From: an uncultured delta proteobacterium
GTDB taxonomy: Bacteria > Desulfobacterota > Syntrophobacteria > Syntrophobacterales > Syntrophobacteraceae
Direction of reading: 5' to 3'
Assembly (NCBI GenBank): GCA_963808625.1
Contig: CAWEHK010000050.1
Location: 111,493-175,492, forward strand
DNA length: 64,000 nucleotides
Shown: in pieces, positions 33,892 to 45,903 of the stretch
How the letters are laid out: each line of letters opens with the position of its first letter
Position numbering within the stretch: the first letter of the stretch is position 1
Position numbers and translations under genes: made by a program
Notes under the pieces: generated by a model
Database searches by the model: none
What the model was told of the DNA's origin: nothing
The model's input: only the letters and a program-made list of their open reading frames with translations

Positions 33892-34995
33892 ATGGACGTT
33901 CCCTTTCTGGATCTCAAAGCGGCCCATGCGGAACTCGAGACCTCACTGCGTGACGGGTTCGAAAGAGTGATCAACTCGGGATGGTTTATCCAGGGCAGCG
34001 AGCTCAGCACCTTCGAGCAGGAGTTCGCCGCCTACTGCGGAACGGAGCACTGTGTCGGGGTTGGCAACGGCCTCGATGCCCTGCATCTCATCTTGCGCGC
34101 CTACGGTATCGGAGCGGGCGACGAGGTGATTGTGCCGACCAATACGTTTATCGCCACATGGCTGGCCGTGAGTTACGCGGGTGCCACCGTCGTTCCCGTG
34201 GAACCTGATGCGCAAACCCACAACCTCGACGCAAAATTACTTGAAGCCGCCGTGACCCCGAGAACGCGCTCCGTCATTGCCGTGCATCTTTATGGGCAGC
34301 CCGCCGAAATGGATACCATCCAGGCCGTGGCCCGGAAGCACCAACTGACGCTCATTGAAGACGCTGCGCAGGCGCACGGTGCTAGGTTTGCCGGCAGGCG
34401 CGCCGGCGGTCTGGGCGATGCGGCTGGCTTCAGTTTTTACCCGGGCAAGAACCTGGGGGCCCTGGGAGATGCCGGTGCCGTAACCACCAACGACGCCGCC
34501 CTCGCCAGGGAGCTCCGGCTGCTCCGCAGTTATGGCTCCACCCAGCGCTACCAGCACGACCTGCAGGGGTACAATTCCCGCCTGGACGAGATGCAGGCGG
34601 CATTCCTGCGGGCAAAGCTGCCGCACCTCGATCAGTGGAATGAGCGGAGACGCGAAATTGCCGATCGCTACCTGGCCGGCCTGGAAGGATGCGGCTTGAT
34701 TCTTCCTGTCGTCCTTGATGAATGCGTACCCGTTTGGCACCTCTTTGTGGTGCGCAGCAGGCAGCGGGATCCGTTGCAGAAGTTCCTGGCGTCTCATGGC
34801 GTCGAAACCCTCATTCATTATCCGACTGCGCCACACCTGCAATTGGCCTACGCCAACCGAAGGTGGCCGCGCGGGACCTTTCCCGTGGCTGAACAGCTGC
34901 AGGACGAAATCCTGAGTTTGCCGATTTACCCCCAACTTTCAGACGAACAGGTCGCGTGGGTCATCAAGATTTGTCGCGAGTTCGAGAGATTGTGA
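33892..34995 (+). CDS. DegT/DnrJ/EryC1/StrS aminotransferase (FdtB/QdtB-like)
   Basis: [48 protein letters not shown]. Confidence 0.92.
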   Translation: MDVPFLDLKAAHAELETSLRDGFERVINSGWFIQGSELSTFEQEFAAYCGTEHCVGVGNGLDALHLILRAYGIGAGDEVIVPTNTFIATWLAVSYAGATVVPVEPDAQTHNLDAKLLEAAVTPRTRSVIAVHLYGQPAEMDTIQAVARKHQLTLIEDAAQAHGARFAGRRAGGLGDAAGFSFYPGKNLGALGDAGAVTTNDAALARELRLLRSYGSTQRYQHDLQGYNSRLDEMQAAFLRAKLPHLDQWNERRREIADRYLAGLEGCGLILPVVLDECVPVWHLFVVRSRQRDPLQKFLASHGVETLIHYPTAPHLQLAYANRRWPRGTFPVAEQLQDEILSLPIYPQLSDEQVAWVIKICREFERL

Positions 34996-35034
34996 TGTCT
35001 TTGGCAGAACTACCCTGACCACCAATGACGGTAA

Positions 35035-35169
35035 GTGGCGTCCAAAAATAAAAGGCCTTCTTTTACCACGAAGAACACGAAGGACACGAAGTGATTTCTT
35101 CGTGTCCTTCGTGTTCTTCGTGGTTCAAAAAAGGGTTGAAATGGGTGCAAGTTGTTTTTGGACAGGTTC
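35035..35169. repeat. MITE-like element with an internal perfect 27-bp-arm palindrome built of 9-mers (CACGAAGAA/GGA); second copy 62675-62800, partial copy 43425-43510
   Basis: Arms 35065-35091 and 35098-35124 are perfectly inverted; termini GTCCAAAAATA / TGTTTTTGGAC. Confidence 0.8.
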
Positions 35170-35340
35170 TAAGTTTATGAAGTTGAGGAGTGCCAAGGAT
35201 AATGGTTCCTGTGACAGAGATACAAAACTCTGCACGCAAGCAGTCCGACTGAACTCAAGAATACCGTTGTGCCGTAAATTTTGGTACAAGACTTTACGAC
35301 TCAATCAACAGTCCGGCCTCACATGAATCGGGAAGCGTAG

Positions 35341-35450
35341 CTAGTGTCCATCCGGAAACCACATCTTGTAGGAGGGGCTTCCAGCCGAGATCGGGGCTAG
35401 AAGCCCCTCCTACAGAGCAAGGTGCCACTTTCCGGATGAGAACTGGCTAG
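35341..35450. repeat. MITE-like element (termini GTGTCCATCCGGAAA / TTTCCGGATGAGAAC) enclosing a TGTAGGAGGGGCTTC...GAAGCCCCTCCTACA hairpin; inverted copy 50322-50430, variant 52321-52473
   Basis: Near-identical termini at three loci, each flanked by short (A)GCT(A)-containing duplications. Confidence 0.78.
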
Positions 35451-35488
35451 TTTGTAAATTGAGACCTATTTTTGACCACAATTAAGGA

Positions 35489-36790
35489 ATGCCCGTGAAA
35501 AAGAGATCATTTATCAGGACCATCTCCGGCGACCCCTTTGATATCCCTGCAGATAGAGCTCTGTTCGAGAAGATAGTAGAGGATATGAGTAAGAATAGCG
35601 GCCACTTCAGGCCCGCGCCGGTTTGGGATATACAGCGTGACGGCCAGCAAGGTGATGAAGATTCTGTCTCACAATCACAACCTCAAGAGATGACGCCCTC
35701 CGGATGTCCGGAGGAGACTTTTCAAAGATACTACTCGAATATGAAACAAATGCTGGATCCGTGGATTGGATGCACCGGCCTGCAAAGCATTTCGCCCGAG
35801 TTCGTGTCGCTTTACCTCGATTTCCTTAAAGAAATTGATTTATTAAATATTGTTCCAACCTATTTCAATCCGGATGGTTCCTTAAAAGAAGAGGCCAGAA
35901 AACTTATTTTAACGGACCTCGGGAGCATGATTGACGTGAACCTTATCGACGCCTTCGCCTCACCAACGAAATCGATAAAAGTCATTGAAGTTGGTGGTGG
36001 CTATGGACGTCTTGCTGAGGCTTTGATTAACATCTATGACTCCAATATCAAGTATTGTCTTGTCGATGCAGTTCCGGCCAGTATACTTTACTCTTATCAA
36101 TACCTCAAAAAGACTTTCCCCAATCTTAGGATTGGATTCTATTATAATAATGATGAATTTGATTTAAAGCGATTTGACTGTTTCATTGTCCCTGCATGGC
36201 ACTTTGAAAAAATGAATAATATCACCTATGACATAGCTGTAAATATTCAGAGCATGCAGGAAATGGAGCAGCATCATGTCGATTATTACCTCAATTTGTT
36301 CGATAAAATCGTCAAAAAAAATGGCCTCATCTACTTGGCGAATGAGAAAAATTATATCTTTCAAGGGAAGTGGAATTTCCCGGACAATTGGGAAATACTC
36401 TTAAAACATCGAAGTCCTCGTTGTTTCACCCGCAGCTCTCCTCTTGAAATGTTTCGCAAAACGAACAGTGACGCACGGGCCAAAAATACGGCTTACCTGT
36501 TAAGATATTTTGAATCTCTAACTCTTGTGGATCACCAAAACAAAATCAATGAATTGTCTCAGCTCATTTCTAGAGTTGATGATTCACTTCACATGTTCGA
36601 AAATGGTCAGCGCAATAAGAATAATGAGTCAGAGGCTCGGGTGAATCAGTTGGAATCATTTGTCTCTCAGCAAATTATGAATGATATTAATCAGTTAAGA
36701 ATGAGCCAACAAAATTTGCCTGACATCGAAAAGCTGCTTGTTCCAATTATTTCATTTCTAAAGAAGATCCGAAGTTATTTTAGGAACTGA
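35489..36790 (+). CDS. Putative sugar O-methyltransferase (class I SAM-dependent) with C-terminal coiled coil
   Basis: VIEVGGGYGRLAE, YCLVD, NIQSMQEM, YYLNLF; heptad-rich C-terminus; AT-rich. Confidence 0.78.
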   Translation: MPVKKRSFIRTISGDPFDIPADRALFEKIVEDMSKNSGHFRPAPVWDIQRDGQQGDEDSVSQSQPQEMTPSGCPEETFQRYYSNMKQMLDPWIGCTGLQSISPEFVSLYLDFLKEIDLLNIVPTYFNPDGSLKEEARKLILTDLGSMIDVNLIDAFASPTKSIKVIEVGGGYGRLAEALINIYDSNIKYCLVDAVPASILYSYQYLKKTFPNLRIGFYYNNDEFDLKRFDCFIVPAWHFEKMNNITYDIAVNIQSMQEMEQHHVDYYLNLFDKIVKKNGLIYLANEKNYIFQGKWNFPDNWEILLKHRSPRCFTRSSPLEMFRKTNSDARAKNTAYLLRYFESLTLVDHQNKINELSQLISRVDDSLHMFENGQRNKNNESEARVNQLESFVSQQIMNDINQLRMSQQNLPDIEKLLVPIISFLKKIRSYFRN

Positions 36791-36848
36791 AGTCATAACT
36801 GAGTTATTCGTTAACTTTATTGACTTAATTAACACTAATTGTTTCCAA

Positions 36849-36869
36849 GCCTCCGGCTTTGCCGGAGGC
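36849..36869. repeat. Perfect hairpin GCCTCCGGC-TTT-GCCGGAGGC (terminator or IS200/IS605-type end hairpin)
   Basis: 9-bp GC stem with a TTT loop immediately after the AT-rich methyltransferase gene. Confidence 0.55.
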
Positions 36870-36989
36870 ATTTGGCTCTCGCTTCACCAAGCGCCCTTAT
36901 GGTGTTCTCCGCAGCTCATTGCCTCGTTGGAGACCCGGCTTGCCGCTGGGTGAAGAGTCCAGCGCTTAACAACTGGAAGGAATGATCGG

Positions 36990-38444
36990 GTGCTGGGATT
37001 TGCCTCAAAAAGTGATTTTCGGACCGTAATTGAGCAATCGTTGGCTTCAGGAGACCTGGAAACCGCTCTGCGAAATGTCGAGCAACTGGTTGAGCGGGTA
37101 TTTTGCGAGCCGCTGAACACGGCCGTGATCTTTGGCGATCGCTTCCTCGATGAGGTGTGCCAGCGTATAGGCCGGATCCGTCGGGCGACCGTGTTGAGCG
37201 CCGGGAGTTTGCCGAAGTCCCCAGTCCCAACCCGGGAACGGCCCGGCCGGGTTGTATACATCGCGAGCATGTTACAGGCGTCGGGAGGCCACACGGCCGT
37301 TCTGGCAGATCTTGCCAGACTCTCCGGCAGGGCGGGGACGGTTTTGGTGACGGGGATCGGCGGCCCCACCAACCGTCGCGCGATCCAGCATCGTTTCTCC
37401 GGCATTCCGGACTTGCAGTTTGAATTCGCTCCGAAAGGCGGCCGCCTGAAGAAGCTCGACTGGCTGCAGCGCCGGCTCATCGAACTCAACCCTTCGGTGG
37501 TGTGGCTCTTAAATCACCACCAGGACAGCGTAGCGGTGGCTGCGGTGCAACCTGATCAGGGGTACACACTGAACTTTCTCCATCATGGCGACCATAATTT
37601 GTGCCTGGGTGTATTCCTTGACTACGGCGAACATTTCGACCCCCATCCCATGGGGTTCCGCAACTGCCGTCATGTCCTCTCGATTCCAACGAACAACTAC
37701 CTCCCGCTTGCTGTCAAGGATCTGGGATACTCCCCGAAACCGAACGCGGCCTGTCCAAACGGGCCGCTTGTGACCTGCACCGCGGCCCGGCGCAACAAGA
37801 TTGAAAAGCCCTACTGGTTGAGCTACGCCGACGTCGTTCCGGAAATTTTGCGGCAGACCAAGGGCAGGCACATTCACATCGGAAAGTTGAGTCTCGGTTT
37901 CCGTTTGCGAATCTGGTGCAATTTGAAAAGAGCGGGTATCGATCCGGCCGCATTTGTCTACATTCCCTACGTCAACAGCGTTTGGCAGGCACTCCAATAT
38001 CACGCGGTGGATATCTACATCGCGTCCTTTCCTTACGGTGGTGCCCGCACCCTGGTGGAAGTCCTGGGGGCAGGTGTGCCGATCGCCATCCACAGCCACA
38101 GCAGCAAACCGTTTTTGAGTACCCTGGAGATGGCACCCGAGGGGGCCTTGATCTGGCGGGAACTCGGGGAACTGATTGAACTCCTGGGCCGGCAGTCACG
38201 CGAAGAGCTTGCCGTGCTGAGCGCCAAAGCACGCCGGCACTATGAACGATTTCACTCGGAATCGGCGTTGAAGAGCGCGCTGGAAGGGAGCTCGTCGGAA
38301 CTGCCTGTTTCTCCGGGTGGAGCAGCATACCGGATTGATCGCTTGCGGCAAGCTCTTGACGTAGCCGACCAGGTTACGTTCTCCGGAGTTGTCACACGGC
38401 GAGCCCTGCGGTGGGCACGACGGCTCAAGACCATGCTGGGCTGA
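36990..38444 (+). CDS. Probable GT-B (GT4-like) glycosyltransferase
   Basis: SGGHTAV, HHGDH, VDIYIASFPYGGARTLVEVLGAGVP; intact 484 aa ORF in a glycan locus. Confidence 0.7.
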   Translation: MLGFASKSDFRTVIEQSLASGDLETALRNVEQLVERVFCEPLNTAVIFGDRFLDEVCQRIGRIRRATVLSAGSLPKSPVPTRERPGRVVYIASMLQASGGHTAVLADLARLSGRAGTVLVTGIGGPTNRRAIQHRFSGIPDLQFEFAPKGGRLKKLDWLQRRLIELNPSVVWLLNHHQDSVAVAAVQPDQGYTLNFLHHGDHNLCLGVFLDYGEHFDPHPMGFRNCRHVLSIPTNNYLPLAVKDLGYSPKPNAACPNGPLVTCTAARRNKIEKPYWLSYADVVPEILRQTKGRHIHIGKLSLGFRLRIWCNLKRAGIDPAAFVYIPYVNSVWQALQYHAVDIYIASFPYGGARTLVEVLGAGVPIAIHSHSSKPFLSTLEMAPEGALIWRELGELIELLGRQSREELAVLSAKARRHYERFHSESALKSALEGSSSELPVSPGGAAYRIDRLRQALDVADQVTFSGVVTRRALRWARRLKTMLG

Positions 38445-38566
38445 CTCCCAGGTGTCGGCTAACCAGGCGACAGATATTTCACTTTTATCCTCTAAAGATA
38501 CCGTATCAGGCGAGCACCTTCAGACGATTGCTGAGCCGGCCACCTCACAGCACACCGCATGCTCCA

Positions 38567-39280
38567 TCATAGTTGCCGTACAAATCGAGCTGGAACACCC
38601 GCAACAAGAGTCATTCGTTCAACATTTTTCGTGACGACGGACCCGGCCGCCACCGTTGCGCCCTGTCCGATAACCACACCGGGCAGGAGTGTAGCGCCTA
38701 TGCCGATGACCACGTCATCCTCGATGGTCGGGCCAACACAATGATCCGAAAATCCTTCTCTGACAAGGTTGTCGTTGGCCGTTCCAACTAAAACACTGAT
38801 GAAGACGCGTCTGCCGATTTTGGCATTGCCCGTGATGTGGGTATTGTCCATAACCTTGGTCCCGTCACCAATCGTCGTGTTATAGTTGATTGTTACGTAA
38901 CGGCTGATGATGCACTTCGAGCCGACCTTGCATTTTTCCCGGATAGAGGCCCCGTCACCAAGCAGGGTATTGCTGCCTATTTCTACGTCATAGAAAACAA
39001 CTGCGTGGGGGCCAATGGAACAGCCGTCTCCAATGTGGATATGTTTCTCGAAAACCGGCTGTCTTGCAAGAGCGCCCGCGCCTTTGGGCTCCTTCCCAAT
39101 AAGCGCACCGTGAAACACTTCGACGCCGACGCCGAGAGTGACGCCATCGGCAATAACAACGTGAGAATGAATCACCGTTTCGTCACCGATAGTCACACGG
39201 CCAATCACGCAGAACGGCCCTATCGAGATATTAGCTCCGAGCTTCGCTTCAGCGGCAACAATGGCCGTAGGATGAATCAT
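38567..39280 (-). CDS. Hexapeptide-repeat N-acyltransferase (QdtC/WbpD-like)
   Basis: MIHPTAIV, extended hexapeptide repeats, IGIGATLLPGVVIG, VAGVPAR. Confidence 0.88.
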   Translation of the reverse strand: MIHPTAIVAAEAKLGANISIGPFCVIGRVTIGDETVIHSHVVIADGVTLGVGVEVFHGALIGKEPKGAGALARQPVFEKHIHIGDGCSIGPHAVVFYDVEIGSNTLLGDGASIREKCKVGSKCIISRYVTINYNTTIGDGTKVMDNTHITGNAKIGRRVFISVLVGTANDNLVREGFSDHCVGPTIEDDVVIGIGATLLPGVVIGQGATVAAGSVVTKNVERMTLVAGVPARFVRQL

Positions 39281-39345
39281 TCCAGAGAACCTCGCAAGGA
39301 GTTAATAAATTAGCAAAACTAAGGGTAGAGATCCAGTATAAAACT

Positions 39346-40825
39346 CTACTGTTCAATAGCCCGAATCACATCGTCTGCGTCAACCCGAAACTCAGTATGG
39401 AGAGTAGGGGCAGCGGGATCAAGGTAAGGCCCGAAGACATAGTTCACCGTGTTGCCCAGCGCTGCCGCCATGTTCGGCCAGTACCAAAACTTGTGTGTCG
39501 GATGGGTGGAAAGGCAGATGACGACTCGAGCCGATTTCGAGCAAAACACGAGGTTTGCCAGCCCTGCACCGGTTGCACCCACGATCACCTCAGCGTTGGC
39601 GAACAGGTGGTATTGCTCGGCAAAAGAAAGGCTTTCGGGCTGGATGATCGAAAATCCACGACTCACAAGCTTAGCCTCGATTTGAGGCTCGTTTATCATG
39701 GTGCGTGTGAGGGAACCCCGCCGCAAGAAAACCCTGGTGGGCAAAGCGGGCAAGGGCTTTTCGAGAACGCTGCCCAGATGTTTGCCCATTAGGGTGAGGG
39801 CATAGGGACTGAAAATACCGTGTGAATGGCCGGACTTAGCAGACCCGCGACAGTCGAATGGAATATAGCCCGTCGGCGAAGTGATGAGCAGGCGCTTCAC
39901 GCGGGCAGCCTCCTCCGGGCCCAACCTGATGATGTCAGCCTTATCGCCCGCCACGGCCCGAAGTGATTCCTCCAGGTTGGCATGCAATCCGGCATCCACA
40001 ATCAAGGGGATACGGCCTTCGGGGTGAAGTGCGACAGAACAGATTGATCCGGGGCAACACCTCGGTCAGCCAATGGGCATAATTTCGGGAACAGGAATCC
40101 GTGAAGCTGGCAGCAACTGCGAGATGGTGTCGGATCTCAGGCTTCAGATATTGTTTGACAACGTTTTTCCGGGGATCGATGTGGATCTTTTCGTGCAACT
40201 CCTCGGACGTGAAATCGTGCGAGAATCGGTACAGGTCATGGTGAACCGTCCGGCCATTCGAGCGCACCAGGTTGCTGCAGCCGTACACTTCTGCATCAAA
40301 CAGTTCCGCAACGACAATCGACGGGAACTCGTAGGATTCGTGGTTGGGCAGCAGGACGTACCTCGATTCGGCAGGGTAGACTCCCGGGGCGGGCGTCGCC
40401 ACTCGCTCGGGCGCACTCAGGGTTTCGATCTTGCCGGATTTTGAAGCCGCCGCCGTCAATGAGAGCAACGGCACGCTCGGTTCGCGCCAGCGCCGCCATT
40501 TGACCTTAAGCGCTTGCACGGCTGGTCGCACGATCTTCCAGCGGGTAAACCAAACTGCCGTCCAGACGGCTACTGCGGCCGGTCGGAGGATCTTCCAGCG
40601 CATAAACCAAAATACCGTCCAGACGGCTACTGTGGCCGGTCGGAGGATCTTCCAGCGCATAAACCAAAATACCGTCCAGACGGCTACTGTGGCCGGTCGG
40701 AGGATCTTCCACCGGGTAAACCATAGTGCTTTCCAGATCGCGTCTTTCGGTATGCGAATCACCCGGTAGTGGCGCATTCGGGATCGATAAAACTCGGCCA
40801 GAGTGGGAAATCTTTGTTCGAACAT
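39346..40825 (-). CDS. GT61/DUF563-like glycosyltransferase, paralog of 31988-33358; frameshift near 40020
   Basis: Shares HHDLYRFSHDFTSEELH, NYAHWLTEVLPRINLFC and SFAEQYHLFANAEVIVGATGAGLANLVFC with the plus-strand copy. Confidence 0.82.
40532..40740 (-). repeat. Intragenic 57-bp tandem repeat (about 3.5 copies) encoding WKILRPATVAVWTVFWFMR
   Basis: Unit starts GATCTTCCA at 40532, 40589, 40646, 40703. Confidence 0.92.
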
Positions 40826-41000
40826 GGGCGTCAGCCTCCTACGGCCGAACCGGATGCCGGATAGTTCGCAAGATCAACATCGGTGGGGCCATTTTTTCAC
40901 AAAACTTGACGATTGGTAAAGGGGAACAGCAGGCGAGGTCAGCAATGGCTCTTTTCATGCCCACCGAATCGAGGCAAAACAACTGAAAAACCCCATGCGG

Positions 41001-42069
41001 TTACAATCTCTTGAGGAGCGCCGCCGCAAACAGTCCGATGTTCCCTAACGCGGTCTGACGGTAGATTTGTGAGCGTTTGATGCCGATAAGTCGAGGAAGC
41101 AGCGGCTGATTCCTGGCGTTGGAGAACTCATCCAGGATGCGCTTATTTGCGGGCAGCAGGCGCCGGCGGATCCGCCGCAAAGCCTGGATATTATGATCAT
41201 TCCATCCTCTGAATTGATTGTCGAGCAGCATGCCTGCGCGCATCAAGCGGCCCGACCAACCGAGATTCGATCCCAGCAGGTTGCGGCCATGTTGGCGATA
41301 GCGCATGGTGGGGAGGGGATCGTAGAACACCTTTCCACCGCAACCTGTTACAACGATATAGGTCCACCAATCATGGGTCACGACATCGACATCGGCACCG
41401 CTTTCGCCGCAGGAGATTGCGGGCCGCGTTGTTGAAGACCATCGTATTACCGCCGGCGATGTTCTGGACCAGGGCGTTGGCAAAACAGGGAGGCCGGGCA
41501 TGAAGCTCTGACAAGCCCATTTCCTTTCCGGCCGCATCCACCAGCATAGTTCGCGAGCAATACAGGGCAGGTTCTGAAGGTGGCATGCGCTCCAGCCAAC
41601 TGACCGCTCGCGACAACTTGTCCGGTTCCCAGATGTCGTCCTGGTCGGAGTACGCATAGTAATCAGCCTGGATGCCGGATTTGCAGGCCAGGGAAAGGAA
41701 ATTTGTGGCGAGGCCCCTGGCCGGGCCGCGCAGGACCGTAAGACGCTCGCCCCCCCACTTCGCCCGATACGCTTCGAGAATGGCAAGGGTATTATCTTTC
41801 GAGCCGTCATCCGAGGCCCACAGTTCCCAGTCCGGATGCGTCTGTGCGGCTAACGAGTCAAGCTGTTCGGCAAGAAAACGCTCACCATTAAAGGTGCCCA
41901 TCAACACCGCGACTTTGGCCGTACCACAGCTCTGTGCCAAGCCCGCGCGTGCAGCGACTCGCATCAAGGCATCGTCCGTACCCTGGCCCGCGTGCCGGGT
42001 AAACCCGTCAACCATCCCGTCCAACTCCCGAGACCCACTGCGAATGCTGCGGAAAAAATTGGTGACCAT
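41001..42069 (-). CDS. GT2 glycosyltransferase (rhamnosyltransferase-like); frameshift near 41405
   Basis: VAVLMGTFNGERFLAEQLDS, SDDGS, SDQDDIW, GNTMVFN, HDWW, YRQHG. Confidence 0.88.
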
Positions 42070-42188
42070 GCTGAAAACGACCTGCTACTCCCGAAGATTT
42101 CAAGTTAACAGGGCCACTACACGAGGCCACTCAAAAAGTCAAGAGGAAGCGATGCCTATTTTACCGATTCGCTGGATTGTTGAGGCTT

Positions 42189-43380
42189 TTAGTACCATCC
42201 TCGAAGGGATTGGTTAGACAGCTGCGCAATCAGGCGTAACTCATCCTTTTCTAAATAAGGATGCATAGGCAGGCTGAAGATCCTCTGAGCACAGTCTTCG
42301 CTGACCGGGAAATCCCCTGTCTGGTAGCCAAGGCTGCGAAAGGCCGTCTGCCGATGCAGGGGCTTTGGATAGTAGATGGCCGTCGGTATCCCGGCCGCCT
42401 TCAACCGGTTCTGGAGCATCGTGCGGTGCGCCTCGTCCCGGGCCAGCAGGGAATATTGGGCCCATGCCGACCGATATCCGTCCGGTACGTGGGGTAGGGT
42501 GAGAGACGAACCGAGGAGCAATTCCGTGTAGCACCGGGCAACCTGCTGCCGCAGTGTGATTTCTTCCGGAAAGACCTCGAACTTGGCAAGTAGAATCGCC
42601 GCCTGCAAGGTATCCAGGCGGCCATTGATGCCGATGCGCACATTCTCGTACTTGTCGTTTCCCTGCCCATGCTGAGCAAGGGACCGCATGAGGTTGGCGA
42701 GGGTGCCGTCATCGGTAAAGCACATCCCGCCATCACCATAACCGCCGAGCGGTTTTGCCGGGAAAAACGAGGTGCAGCCAATCTCGGCAAGTGCTCCGGC
42801 GCTTCCTCCTCCCCGCATTTCGCCGCCAAAGGATTGGGCTGCATCTTCAATGACAAAAAGCCCATGCTTTCGGGCTACGGGATTGATTTGTTCGTAGTTG
42901 GCAGGCAGGCCAAAAAGGTCTACGGCAATGACACCCTTTGCCTTCAGGCGGGGACTTCCTCTGCGACCGGGAATCTCCCCCCGGCAGAGGATGCAGCGTG
43001 GGATTATTGGCCTGAAGTGCGGTAATCGCCTGCTCCAGGGCCTCCGCGCTGAGGTTATAGGTCCGCGGGTCGATGTCCGCGAAGACCGGGGTGGCGCCAA
43101 GGAGACTGATTACTTCCGCGGTGGCAACGAAGGTGAAAGGAGTGGTGAAAATGGCATCACCGGGACCCACTCCATACGCCATCAAAGCCAGGAGCAAAGC
43201 ATCCGTCCCCGAACTGCAGGCGACGGCATGGGTCACCCCGACATAAGCAGCAAGGCGCTCCTCGAGCTCTCTTACCTCAGGTCCCAGGATGTATTGGCCG
43301 TGGGCGAGGACGGTCCTGATCCCTGCCTCAATCCGGTCGCGGATGCGTTGCTGTTGGCGGCCCAAGTCGATAAATTGCAT
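42189..43380 (-). CDS. DegT/DnrJ/EryC1/StrS aminotransferase (WbpE-like); frameshift near 42945
   Basis: MQFIDL, SSGTDAL, VDLFG, EDAAQSFG, TSFFPAKPLGGYGDGG, NGRLDTLQAA, SLPMHPYL. Confidence 0.9.
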
Positions 43381-43547
43381 CGGTTCAGCGCTTCTCCGGT
43401 TTTGAGAATTCCTGCCAGATCGATTTGCTTCGTGTCCTTCGTGTCCTTCGTGTCCTTCGTGGTGTGAAATAAGTTCAACATGAAAGCAAGTTATTTTTGT
43501 ACAGACCCTTAGTACTACAACGAGGTTTCCGCAGGGGGCCTTAATCT

Positions 43548-43615
43548 GTGGGGCAGGCTTTCCAGCCTGCCTTTTGGCCGCTTCGGCATGGCAGGCTGGA
43601 AAGCCTGCCCCACAC
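43548..43615. repeat. REP-like perfect inverted pair TGTGGGGCAGGCTTTCCAGCCTGCC ... GGCAGGCTGGAAAGCCTGCCCCACA downstream of ettA
   Basis: Direct reading; 25-bp inverted arms. Confidence 0.8.
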
Positions 43616-43648
43616 GGATTGGAGTTTCACCAAAGTACCGTTGTAGTA

Positions 43649-45335
<1,687 letters not shown>

Positions 45336-45361
45336 GAATTCTGAAACCCTCCCTCGACGGC

Positions 45362-45396
45362 TGGTCAGTGGTCAATGATCAGTGGTCAGTGATCAG
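45362..45396. repeat. Heptamer tandem array (TGGTCAG/TGATCAG x5) just upstream of ettA
   Basis: tggtcag tggtcaa tgatcag tggtcag tgatcag. Confidence 0.75.
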
Positions 45397-45464
45397 ACCT
45401 TCGAAAGTAGTTCCTTATCACCTCACCTATCACCCTGTCAAAGAAGTTGGAAGTGGGGGGGTGA

Positions 45465-45824
45465 GGGTGTAATCAGAAGTGGGAGTTCGCCGTGGCCTCA
45501 TGTGACCATTACCTGATTGCGAATGAGCCTGCATGGTTTCGGTGGGTGCAAAAAGACGCGCCCACCCTACGGAGCCTGTCTGAAAATGACATGCAACTGG
45601 TCAGTCCATCTGTAGGAGCGGCATCCTGCCGCGATTTAGTCCGGTCGCGGCTGGAAGCCGACTCCTACAAGGTTTGATCGCCACCGCCCCATAACCTTCG
45701 ACCAATTTTCAGACAGCCTCCTACGCCGTGGCCCAATTGTAGGGTGGGCACAGCTTTACCGTGCCCACCAGGACAGAAGACCCTGCCTTTCAGTAGTTTC
45801 CAACTCCCACTTCTGTTCACACCC
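45465..45824. repeat. Nested REP/MITE cluster
   Basis: Outer IR CAGAAGTGGGAGTT (45474-45487) / AACTCCCACTTCTG (45802-45815); inner termini CTGTCTGAAAAT / ATTTTCAGACAG around a TGTAGGAG...CTCCTACA hairpin; flanking GGTGGG...CCCACC hairpins. Confidence 0.7.
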
Positions 45825-45903
45825 GGGGGGTGAGAGGAGATTGCCGAGAGGCGTTGCATTTTGTACAATATTCCTTGAACACCTGACGCAAAGGGGAATT
45901 GAA

